Shown: piece after piece, positions 44,487-54,229 of the stretch
Position numbering within the stretch: the stretch's first letter is position 1
How the letters are laid out: each line of letters opens with the position of its first letter
NCBI GenBank assembly: GCA_038087875.1
Contig: CM075997.1
Span: 6,760,001-6,824,000, forward strand
DNA: 64,000 bases
DNA from: Malacoraja senta
Taxonomy: Eukaryota
Direction: 5' to 3'
Translations under genes and position numbers: made by a program
The notes under the pieces: generated by a model
Told to the model about the DNA's origin: nothing
Seen by the model: the letters and a program-made list of their open reading frames with translations, nothing else
Database searches by the model: none

Positions 44487-46268
44487 CTACATGGATACAA
44501 GAGGAACAATAGTTATAAAGGAAACCTCGTTGCAAACGCAGCCAATCTCATGCGCTCTTTTCAGTGTACCCGGGGAAACACGTCCCAACCGTGGTGAAAT
44601 CGATTTCCATCCTGGAGCTAATTGCAACGACCACCGGACGCAATATGTTTCTGCCAAATAAATAACGGATCCGTACGATAATGAAATTGTTCAATTTAAA
44701 ATTCTCACATTTGGGATAATGGCTGTTAAGACATACCAACATCACTAATAGCTAGCTTACATCGTTTGCTTCATTAATCGAGTTGACATACATCAGAATA
44801 TATGGAAAACCAGTGCATTTCAAATAATGTAATATGATTAAACAGTAAAGATTTTTTTTCCGCAAGGGTAGGGATCTGTCGATCGCAAATGGCCACGAAT
44901 ATGCCTCGGGCTCTGTTATCACTTAAGTAACATCGGAATGATAATGGCCTATTTCATTGAACACATTTTCTCCATGCGGTTGGTTGAATTAGGCAAAAAG
45001 GTCACAGAAAGTAACCATGATTTTTTTAAATTTAGGTATGATAATACAAATAACATTTTGCTATGCTAGCATTTGGTAAATATTCCAAATCAGTAACACA
45101 TTAAAATGTCGGTAACATAGGTCGGATATCACAAGAGAGTGGCGAGAAATATATTCCAGTTTCTTACCTCAGATAGACAAGATGTTGTCAGTAAATTAAA
45201 AATGTTTGGGAACTTCGCTCATCGCTTTACGCCTATAAACGGGTCGCCCGACGTAGAGATGAACATCAAAGCGTAGTGAGGCCTCGGAAGCTACCGTGCG
45301 TACGTCACCATATATAAAGGTCACCTCGAGGGTATGTCCCGATAGTCTTTAACAAGAGACGTGGCTCACGTGGAGCCGTCCTTCTGTGGTAGTCCATTGG
45401 ACTTGGAAGGATTTGTTTGCAACAGCGAGAGTACGTCATGCGAAATCCAGAGCATTGCAAGTATTATTACCATCACATTAATTAAATTACACGCGTTTAA
45501 AATATTTTAATTGTTCATATCTATGAAAGGATGAAGAATTATTACAACGTTTTGTACATAAATTATTAAAAATCAATACATAGTATAGAAAATAATTGAG
45601 CGTCCGGTTATTTGTCCCTTCCTGCTGTAAAGGTCTAACGAAGTATAGTCCATATGACATTGAAGCGTGAATTACACGTGGAGCGCATCAGCCCTCGAGG
45701 TCTGTGTCTTACGATTCTAAATATAAAGCAATATCCTTTGCATGTACGTGATCTATATGCCTACAATCCCTCCATATTCGTGTGCCAATCTAAAGGTCGT
45801 TTAGAAGCGGCCATCAAATATTGTACCATCAGAGCTTTGGCAGCGCATTCTAAGTACTCGGCATTCACTGCACAAAAATGTACCTTGCACATGTTGCTTA
45901 AAATTTTCCCCTCTCAAATTAAGTCTATGCCCTCTTTTATTTGACACTTTCACCCACAAAGAAACGTATTCTGACTATCTACCCTATCAACATCAAAAAT
46001 GCATCAGTAATGATTTTGAAACTGTAGCGGGATAAAATGTTGGCCACAAAAACACTAGCGACAGTCAGTTAATTGTTAGAACGGACAAAATATCTACATC
46101 AAAGAGTAAACAGTACGAGAAAATCAGATTAAAAAATACTCTAAAAGCTTGAAACCTGAAAATATCGCGAGAAAGCATATGTGATTGACATAACGGTCGA
46201 GGTTTTAACACACACCAGGGGTAACAAGAGAAAGAACCGCAACAAAATAGTCAGCTTCTATTTCTTAC

Positions 46269-46338
46269 CCGGTATACCAAACACGGCAAGAACAGGATAG
46301 TATATGCTCGCGATGTAGTAAATTGCTGGATATCCCAT
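46269..46338 (-). CDS. GPR139-like GPCR, coding exon 1 (70 bp)
   Basis: ATG at 46338 gives MGYPAIYYIASIYYPVLAVFGIP+G, then a canonical GTAAG donor. Phase 1 joins exon 2 in frame (70+899=969 nt, 322 aa) and supplies the first half of TM1. Confidence 0.85.
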
Positions 46339-46894
46339 TTTGTATCCAATGCAGCGAATTTGGAAAATGCTCTAACTCCTATCATCCACTGGTGTTTGGT
46401 TTCACGACCTATTATACAATCAGGGCACATCGACTGTGACAATTAGTGCGACCATGACTTCAGTCACCTCAGACACAGTCCAGTGAACAAAGAACCCGTA
46501 AACAATTTGCGCTCATTGCATCATTGTACAATGAAGTTGGCACCTCAAGGGATGACGCAAACATTGTTTTTTCGATTTCTTGTGACTCCACTCAGACGGC
46601 AATATTGTAAACTCAGATCTTACACGGGGATATTGAAGAGGGAATGTAATTTAATTTTGGACGGGTATCACTTTTGACAAATGCAATTACTTATAAATAG
46701 CGTCACTTGCAAAACTAAGGAAGGGGTATTACTTTGTTGGGTTAAATGAGGTAGTGTCTGCCTGGATCGGAGAATTCAAAGCGATCCTGAATTTCTGTCG
46801 AGTTGTACGTTCCGACCTTTACGCGCACGTGGATGAGGTAGCACAGAAATTGTCACCATTTACTAACCTCTAAAACATCAACATTTGGAATGTA

Positions 46895-48945
46895 CATAGA
46901 AACATAGAAACATGGAAAATAGGTGCAGGAAGAGGCCATTCGGCCCATCGAGCCAGCACCGCCATTCATTACGATCATGGCTGAACGTCCCCAATCAATA
47001 ACCCGTGCCTGCCTTCACCCCATATCCCTTGATTCCACTAGCCCCAATAGCTCTATCTAACTCATTCTTAAATCCATCCAATGATTTGGCCGCCACTGCC
47101 CTCTGTGGCAGGGAATTTCACAAATTCACAACTCTCTGGATGAAAACGTTTTTTCTCTCCTCACTCTTAAATGGCCTCCCCTTTATTCTAAGACTGTGGG
47201 CCCTGGTTCTGGACTCGCCCAACATTTTTCCTGCATCTAGCTTGTCCACTCCTTTTCTAATTTTATATGTTTCTATATGATCTCCCATCGTCGTTCTAAA
47301 CTCCAGTGAATACAAGCCTAGTCTTTTCAATCTTTCCTCATATGACAGTCCCGCCATCCCAGGGATCAATCTCGTGAACCTACGCTGCACTGCCTCAATC
47401 ACAAGGATGTCCTTCCTCAAATTAGGAGAGCAAAACTGTACGCAATATTCCAGATATGGTCTTACCAGAGCCCTATACAACTGCAGAAGAACCTCTCTAC
47501 TCCCATACTGAAATCTTCTTGTTATGAAGGCCAACATTCCATTAGATTTCTTCACTTCCTGCTGTACCGGCACGCCAACTTTCATTGACAGGTGTACAAG
47601 GACACCCGGGTCTCGTTGTTCATGCCCCTTACCTAAACTAACACCATTGAGATAATAATCTGCCCCCCTTGTTTTTGCCACAAAGTGGATAACCTCACAT
47701 TTAACTATATTATACTGCACCTGCCACTCATCTGCCCACACACTCAAACTGTCCAGGTTACCCCGGAACCTCCTAACATCCTCTTCACAGTTCACACTGC
47801 CACCCAGCTTTGTGTCATCCGCAAACTTGCCAGTGTTGCTCCTAATTCCCTCTTGCAAATCATTAATATATATGGTAAACAGTTGCGGCCGCAACACCGA
47901 GCCTTGCGCCACTCCACTCGCCACTGCCTGCCATTCTGAAAAGGACCCGTTCATTCCTACTCTTTGCTTCTTGTCTCCCAACCAATTTTCTATCCACGTC
48001 AACACCCGACCCCCAATACTATGCGGTCTAATTTTAGTCACCAGTCTCCCGTGCGGAACCTTATCAGAGGCTTTCTGAAAGTCTAAATACACTACATCCA
48101 CTGGCTTCCCTTCATCCATTTTACTTGTCACATTCTCAAAAAATTCCAGAAGATTAGTCAAGCAAGATTTTCCTTTCATAACTCCATGCTGACTTGGACT
48201 AATCCTTTAACTGCTATCCAAATGCCCCATTATTACCTCTTTAATAATTGACTCCAGCATCTTTCCCACCATCGACGTCAGGCTTACTGGTCTGTAATTC
48301 CCCGTTTTTTCTCTCGCTCCTTTCTTGAAAAGTGGGAGAACATTAGCTATACTTCAATCCACAGGAACTGATCCTGAATCTATTGAACATTGGAAAATGA
48401 TCACCAATGCGTCCACTATTTCTAGAGCCGCCTCCCTGAGGACCCTGGGATGCAGTCCACCAGGCCCCGGGGATTTATCATCCTTCATTCCCATTAGCCC
48501 AGCGAATACTATTTCTCGCCTAATGAAAATTTATTTCAGTTCCTCGACCCCCTTAGATCCTCTGTCCTTCAGTACTTCTGGAAGATTGTTTGTGTCTTCC
48601 TTTGTGAAGACAGATCCGAAGTACATGTTCAACTCTTCTGCCATTTCCTTGTTCCCCATAATAATTTCACCCGTGTCTGCCTTCAAGGGACCCACGTTTG
48701 ACGTTGCTACTGTTTTTCCCTTAACATATCTAAAGAAGCTTTTACTCTCCCTCTTTATATTCCTGGCCACCTTCCCTTCGTACTTCATCTTTTCAGCCCG
48801 TACTGCCCGTTTTATTTCCTTCTGTTGTCCTATAAAAGTTTCCCAATACTCTGGCTTCCGGTACTCTTTGCTGTGTTATACCTCTTTTCTTTTAGGTTTA
48901 TTCTATCCCTAACTTCTCTTGTCAGCCACGGTAGCCTCCTACTCC
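46895..48945 (-). mobile_element. CR1 LINE, 5'-truncated (RT region + 3' end)
   Basis: KSCLTNLLEFFE, GVAQGSVL, KFADDTK and LVRPYLEYCVQF (47118-48179), with a (CATAGAAA)n tail. Confidence 0.92.
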
Positions 48946-48957
48946 CCTGTACTTTGA

Positions 48958-49158
48958 TGTCCAAACACATGGTGTCTTCACTCTAGTTTATTGCATACAT
49001 CGTATTCGTATACACACATATTGCCCTAGCTGTTCGTGGTCCGTTACCGGAGCTAGAGAGCGAGCTAGGGGTGGGAAGGTTACATTTATACTGAAGCTAA
49101 TGGGGAGTGGTTAGTAGAAGTGAGGTCACCATGTTAAAGGAACATGCACGGCTCTACA
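48958..49158 (-). repeat. 3' LTR (terminal 9 bp missing)
   Basis: Matches 53492-53692 and is preceded by the PPT. Confidence 0.92.
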
Positions 49159-49262
49159 TCCTTCCCCTTGAAAAGGGAAACATAGCAATGATGACAGTGA
49201 GACCACGACTCATACGCTAGGCACAAACCCGCGCGTACATCGTCAGGAAAAAATTTAAACAT

Positions 49263-52200
49263 TCAAGCAAACTCCCCGTAACGTTCAGGCGGCTTGACCA
49301 GACGCCCGGAGCGGGTATGCAGCCCGCCTCCCCCCCCCCTCCGAAGGTAGAGTGGGCACCGGGGCAGGAGCGGCGATAGGTGAACCGAAAGGGGAGTGAG
49401 CAGGAGGGGGAGAACGAGGAGACCGGGGAGGAGACAAGGGCACCGCAACGGGCACGCGAGCGGGAGATGGCTGATGGGGGGGGGGGGGGGGGCAGGAGGA
49501 GCAGCGGGAGAACGGGGCGCCAAGGGTCGCGAGGGCAGAGGAGCGGGAGGCAACGAGGCGGCAACCGGGGGAGCAAAAGGGGCTGCGGGAGGCGGAGCGG
49601 GCTCGTTGACCGGCAGCAAATGCTGGCGGGACCGGCGGTAGATTGTGCCCTCGTAGTCAACCAGGTAAGAGCGCGGAGAGTCGGCAAAGCCGATGACAAC
49701 AGCCAAGCGGTGGTGTCCGGAGGGGGACTGCATCCGGACGACCTGGCCCTCGAAGAGGGGCTGAAGGGGACGGCATGACTTGTCGTGGGAGCGCTTCTGG
49801 ACGACCTGTTTCTGGGTAATACGCTTCTGGACAGCAGCAGGGCTGCGGACTGCGGGCCGTAGCGACCGCTGGGAGACAGGGATTGGAGGGCGAGTGGTGC
49901 GGGACATGAGCCGTTGAGCCGGTGAGCCCATGGCAGGGTCGCGACTAATATTTCGGAGATTCAGTAGAGCGAGATAAAAATCCGAATGCGACAGTCTGCA
50001 ATGTTCCAGCAGCTCCTTGGCACTGCGGACGGCGCGCTCAGGAAGGCCGTGGCTCTGCGGGTACTCCGGGCTGCTGGTGATGTGGCGAAAGTTGTAGGCG
50101 GCGGCGAATGTGCGGAACTCAGCACTCGTGAACTGGCCCCCGTTGTCAGACTGCACAGTCACAGGAATGCCAAAGGTTGCAAAGAGGGGTTGCAACGTCC
50201 CGATGACCGCAGCAGAAGTGAGGGAGTGCAGACGCGTAATCTCGAACAAGCTGGAGTAAGAGTCGACCAGGACCAGGAAATGTTTGCCACGCCACTCAAA
50301 TATGTCCGTAGCGACCGCCATCCACGCCAGGGCGGGGGCAGGCTGTTGCAGGAGTGGCTGGCGTTGCTGGTGGGGAGAGAGGGTATTGCAGGGGGAGCAG
50401 GCAGAGACCCTCTCCCGGATGTCCTGTGCCATGCTGGGCCAATAAAATTGGCTCTGGGCCTGGGACAGGGTGGCATCGGCTCCGGGATGGCCGTTGTGGG
50501 CAGTTTGGAAATAGTGCTCCCGCAGAGCGGCAGGCACCACAACCTTGTGGCCCTTCACCACCACGCCGCCCTGCAGCACAAGTTCGTCCCGGACTAGGAA
50601 GTAGGGCGCAGCACCAGCCGGCAAGGGTGAGCGACGGTCAGGCCAGCCGCGACGGATGACGTCTATAAGCTGTTGCAGGGCAGGATCCTTGGCAGTGTGG
50701 TGAATCAGGGACTGCATCTGCTGGGAAGGCATGAAGTTGACGTTTAGCACCATCAGGTCGGATGACTCGTACGGGTGGCGGGCTGTAGAAGCCAGCGGTG
50801 CGCGGGACAGCGTGTCAGCCACAAACATGTCCTTGCCCTTGCGGTACACGATTTGAAACGTGAAGCGTTGGAGTTGCAGCATCATGCGCTGCAAACGGGA
50901 AGAGGCAACGTGGATCGGTTTGTTTAAGATCGTGACCAGCGGCTGGTTGTCGGTTTCGATAGTGAAGGTGTTACCTATAATGTAGTCCATGAACTTCGAG
51001 CAGGCAAACACCACGGCAAGGAGCTCTTTCTCGATCTGAGCGTAGCGTTGCTCGGTTGGAGTCATGGTGCGGGAGGCGTAGGAGACAGGTAGCTGCAGGC
51101 GGTCGTGGATCTGCAGGCAGGCGGCACCGAGACCGAAACTTGATGCATCGCAGGTAATGACGATAGGGCGCTTTAAGTGGAAGAACTTCAGAGTGGGGGT
51201 GCGAACCAGCCGGGATTTCAAGTCATCGAAGGCTGCCTGATGCAGCGGGTACCAAACCCAGGCAGTGTCCATCTTGGTCAGTTCCCTCAGGGGCGCACTC
51301 AGCTCGCTGAGTTCGGGAATAAATTTCCCCAGATAGTTCATCATGTCCAAGAAGCGTTGCAGGCTTGGCACGTTGACCGGAGCTGGCATCTCTGAGACCG
51401 CAGCTGTCTTCTGTGGGTCTGGTTTCAGACCCTCGGCCGTAAAAACGTGGCCCACGTAGGTGACCTCCGGGACGCGGAAACGGCACTTCTTGGGGTTCAG
51501 TTTGAGGTTGATTTCCCGAGCCCGATCCAGGACCAGACGGAGGTGGAGGTCGTGCTCAGCGACGTCCCTCCCGTACACCAAGATGTCATCAACGATGATA
51601 GCACACGGCAGACCTGCAAATAGCTGTTCCATGGTGCGCTGGAAAACCTCGCTGGCAGAATTGATCCCGAAAGGCATGCGGAGGAAACGGAACCTGCCGA
51701 AAGGTGTACCAAACGTGGTCAGTAAAGATGAACGTTCATCCAGCGGAATCTGCCAGAAAGAGTTCTTGGCATCGAGGACAGAGAACACAGTGGCCGGGCC
51801 AACCTTTGCAGCGACATCCTCCACCGTTCGCATGGGGTAGTGCGGGCGCTTGATGGCAAGGTTTAGGTCCTTGGGGTTGATACAGATCCGAATCTCACTC
51901 TTGTCCTTCTTAGCAGCAACGACCATGGTGGAGACCCACCGGGTGGCATCGCTCACTTCCTTGATGATGCCCATGGCCACCATCTGGCGTAGAGTGGACT
52001 CCACCTTGTCCTTCATAGCAAAGGAGACGCGGTGAGGAGGGCGGACTACCGGATGGACCTCCGGGTCCACCTCGATTTCGTACTTGCAGGGTAGTTTGCC
52101 CAATACATCGTCAAAACAGTCGGGGTACTCGCACATGGGATCCACGGGGGTCTGCACCGGGTGGATGTCGTGGTGGAAGGACACCAAACCGAGGTCCTGG

Positions 52201-53390
52201 CACGCACGGGCGCCCAACAGAGTAACATTCTCAGATTCCAGCAGGAAGAAAGAGAGGGGCCGAGAGGCCTTCAGAACTGAGCAGATAAGGGTGGCCTTGC
52301 CGACTGGGAATAGCATGCTCCCCCCATATGCACGGAGGCGGGAGTGATCAGCGGTAATGTTCTCACCAGCTCTTATCTGTTGAAAAAGACTTAACGACAT
52401 AATATTCGTAAACGCCCCCGTATCTACCTTAGCAGAGAAGGTCATCCCATTCACAGTAACTCGAACTGATGGATCAGCTATCAAAGCATGTGCACCCAGG
52501 ACTGAAAAAACAAGCGATTCATCATGGGAGGAGCTGTTATCAGAATCAGGGAGTTCGACTGGAAGGTATTCGGAGTCATAAACACTGTCAGTAGCAGTCA
52601 GGTTGTGTAGACTCTTTCTCGGAGCAGGGACAGGCTGGCCCCTGGAACGGCACGCTGCGGAGAAGTGATTAAGCTTCTTACACAAATTACAAGTCTTACC
52701 CAGAGCAGGACAAACATCAAATTGATGATTGACAAAGTTGCAGTTTGGGCATCGGCGAGGGTTGACCCTTGCAGGCGCAGGGGTGCTACGCTGGCGTGGC
52801 GGGCCATCGCGCCGCGGGCGTCCAGCAGCACCGGCATAGTTAATGTCCTCAGCTTCAGGGGGAGATACGGCGTCGACAGCAGCAGACATGCGAGAGGCAT
52901 GCAAAGCGTCGTTTAAAGTGAGGTCCGGCTTTCTCAGAAGCTCAGCCCGTAGCTTCACGTCCTGTAGACCGTGAACTAGGACATCTCTGATCAACTGATC
53001 GGGGGTCAACGTCTCCAGGTGGCAACGCCGGGCCAGGTGACGCAGCGACGCCACGAAGGTATCGATGTGCTCCCCGGGTTTCTGGCGCCTGCTGAAAAAC
53101 TTGAACCGCTCTAGAATGGAGTTGGTGGGAATGTCACACAGCGCGGCAAATTTATTGATGAGACACACGGGGTCCTCTGCATTCTCACCATCGGCGTACT
53201 CAAAAGATTCAGAACGTTCCATGGCCTCCGGGCCAGCCAGGTTGAGGAGCAGATGTGCTGTAATCGCAGGGGTAATATTAGGATGAGCGATGGCGACATA
53301 GTGCTGGAAGTCGCGCCGGAAAATAGTCCACCGGTGGACGATGTCCGAGTCAAACACCAGAACGTCAGGCTTTCGACACGAGGTGGCCAT
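49263..53390 (-). CDS. Gypsy gag-pol polyprotein (~1375 aa from ATG 53390)
   Basis: Domain order: gag zinc knuckle CNLCKKLNHFSAAC, protease KVDTGA, RT (RMPFGI, IIVDDIL), RNase H (CDAS, YAQIEKELLA), integrase (HNGH...CSPC, D-D(35)E: ATDIF, SDNG, ERAV). RT-RH-IN order is Gypsy-type; the C-terminus is TRSGRLVKPPERY. Confidence 0.93.
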   Translation of the reverse strand: MATSCRKPDVLVFDSDIVHRWTIFRRDFQHYVAIAHPNITPAITAHLLLNLAGPEAMERSESFEYADGENAEDPVCLINKFAALCDIPTNSILERFKFFSRRQKPGEHIDTFVASLRHLARRCHLETLTPDQLIRDVLVHGLQDVKLRAELLRKPDLTLNDALHASRMSAAVDAVSPPEAEDINYAGAAGRPRRDGPPRQRSTPAPARVNPRRCPNCNFVNHQFDVCPALGKTCNLCKKLNHFSAACRSRGQPVPAPRKSLHNLTATDSVYDSEYLPVELPDSDNSSSHDESLVFSVLGAHALIADPSVRVTVNGMTFSAKVDTGAFTNIMSLSLFQQIRAGENITADHSRLRAYGGSMLFPVGKATLICSVLKASRPLSFFLLESENVTLLGARACQDLGLVSFHHDIHPVQTPVDPMCEYPDCFDDVLGKLPCKYEIEVDPEVHPVVRPPHRVSFAMKDKVESTLRQMVAMGIIKEVSDATRWVSTMVVAAKKDKSEIRICINPKDLNLAIKRPHYPMRTVEDVAAKVGPATVFSVLDAKNSFWQIPLDERSSLLTTFGTPFGRFRFLRMPFGINSASEVFQRTMEQLFAGLPCAIIVDDILVYGRDVAEHDLHLRLVLDRAREINLKLNPKKCRFRVPEVTYVGHVFTAEGLKPDPQKTAAVSEMPAPVNVPSLQRFLDMMNYLGKFIPELSELSAPLRELTKMDTAWVWYPLHQAAFDDLKSRLVRTPTLKFFHLKRPIVITCDASSFGLGAACLQIHDRLQLPVSYASRTMTPTEQRYAQIEKELLAVVFACSKFMDYIIGNTFTIETDNQPLVTILNKPIHVASSRLQRMMLQLQRFTFQIVYRKGKDMFVADTLSRAPLASTARHPYESSDLMVLNVNFMPSQQMQSLIHHTAKDPALQQLIDVIRRGWPDRRSPLPAGAAPYFLVRDELVLQGGVVVKGHKVVVPAALREHYFQTAHNGHPGADATLSQAQSQFYWPSMAQDIRERVSACSPCNTLSPHQQRQPLLQQPAPALAWMAVATDIFEWRGKHFLVLVDSYSSLFEITRLHSLTSAAVIGTLQPLFATFGIPVTVQSDNGGQFTSAEFRTFAAAYNFRHITSSPEYPQSHGLPERAVRSAKELLEHCRLSHSDFYLALLNLRNISRDPAMGSPAQRLMSRTTRPPIPVSQRSLRPAVRSPAAVQKRITQKQVVQKRSHDKSCRPLQPLFEGQVVRMQSPSGHHRLAVVIGFADSPRSYLVDYEGTIYRRSRQHLLPVNEPAPPPAAPFAPPVAASLPPAPLPSRPLAPRSPAAPPAPPPPPISHLPLACPLRCPCLLPGLLVLPLLLTPLSVHLSPLLPRCPLYLRRGGGGGLHTRSGRLVKPPERYGEFA

Positions 53391-53467
53391 AGTACATAAA
53401 TAATTGGAAAGGAAAATAAACACTTGGTGAAAAGAAAACAAACCCGATGAACAGGAGACGCAGGGTT

Positions 53468-53482
53468 AACTTCTTGACACCA
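53468..53482 (-). promoter_or_regulatory. Primer-binding site (tRNA-Leu-like)
   Basis: TGGTGTCAAGAAG directly follows the 5' LTR. TGGTGTCA is complementary to a ...UGACACCA tRNA 3' end as in tRNA-Leu; the tRNA identity is inference. Confidence 0.65.
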
Positions 53483-53692
53483 TGTAAAGACTGTCCAAAC
53501 ACATGGTGTCTTCACTCTAGTTTATTGCATACATCGTATTCGTATACACACATATTGCCCTAGCTGTTCGTGGTCCGTTACCGGAGCTAGAGAGCGAGCT
53601 AGGGGTGGGAAGGTTACATTTATACTGAAGCTAATGGGGAGTGGTTAGTAGAAGTGAGGTCACCATGTTAAAGGAACATGCACGGCTCTACA
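53483..53692 (-). repeat. 5' LTR (210 bp)
   Basis: TG...CA termini, AATAAA on the minus strand, adjacent to the PBS. Confidence 0.93.
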
Positions 53693-53968
53693 CAAGGGAC
53701 CCACGTTTGACGTTGCTACTGTTTTTCCCTTAACATATCTAAAGAAGCTTTTACTCTCCCTCTTTATATTCCTGGCCAGCTTCCCTTCGTACTTCATCTT
53801 TTCAGCCCGTATTGCCCGTTTTATTTCCTTCTGTTGTCCTATAAATGTTTCCCAATACTCTGGCTTCCTGTACTCTTTGCTGTGTTATACCTCTTTTCTT
53901 TTAGGTTTATTCTATCCCTAAGTTCTCTTGTCAGCCACGGTAGCCTCCTACTCCCCTGTACTTTGATG
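53693..53968 (+). repeat. 276-bp direct duplicate of 48684-48959 (CR1-derived host sequence)
   Basis: Offset 5009, running from caagggaccc to ctttgatg; about 5 substitutions by eye. Confidence 0.93.
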
Positions 53969-54229
53969 AACTCATTGCATACGTTTCATCAAACTAGTTG
54001 GGGTTTCTATCAAGGTAGAAGAGCAACGATTTGGAACAGACAATTTGACGATAAGGCCCGACGCACCAGGACCTCTCCCAAAAAAATTCCTGGACCAGCC
54101 ACGTCCAACCTATGGCCACTTCCTCGGAACGCTTAGGAAGTGCGGCATGTCCCCATCCTCTACCGATGCACAGTGGAAACGATTTCATGAGGATGTATTA
54201 CAGCATGATTTGTTTGACTGCTACTTTGG

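Larger units (their letters stand above)
48958..53692 (-). mobile_element. Ty3/Gypsy LTR retrotransposon, near-intact
   Basis: 5' LTR 53483-53692 (TG...CA, 210 bp). The 3' LTR 48958-49158 is identical by eye but lacks the terminal 9 bp. PBS TGGTGTCAAGAAG is adjacent to the 5' LTR; PPT AAGGGGAAGGA is at 49159-49169. Single gag-pol ORF. Confidence 0.95.

Noticed and set aside
44487..44535. N-terminal MQRGFLYNYCSSCIHV of the 315-aa ORF-track call
   Set aside because: It starts at a non-ATG codon and is intron sequence upstream of the AG acceptor. The real N-terminus is exon 46269-46338.
45163..45270. Possible extra exon ending at a GAG|GTAAG donor inside the GPCR intron
   Set aside because: No similarity to the receptor N-terminus and no supporting frame; cannot be supported without transcripts.
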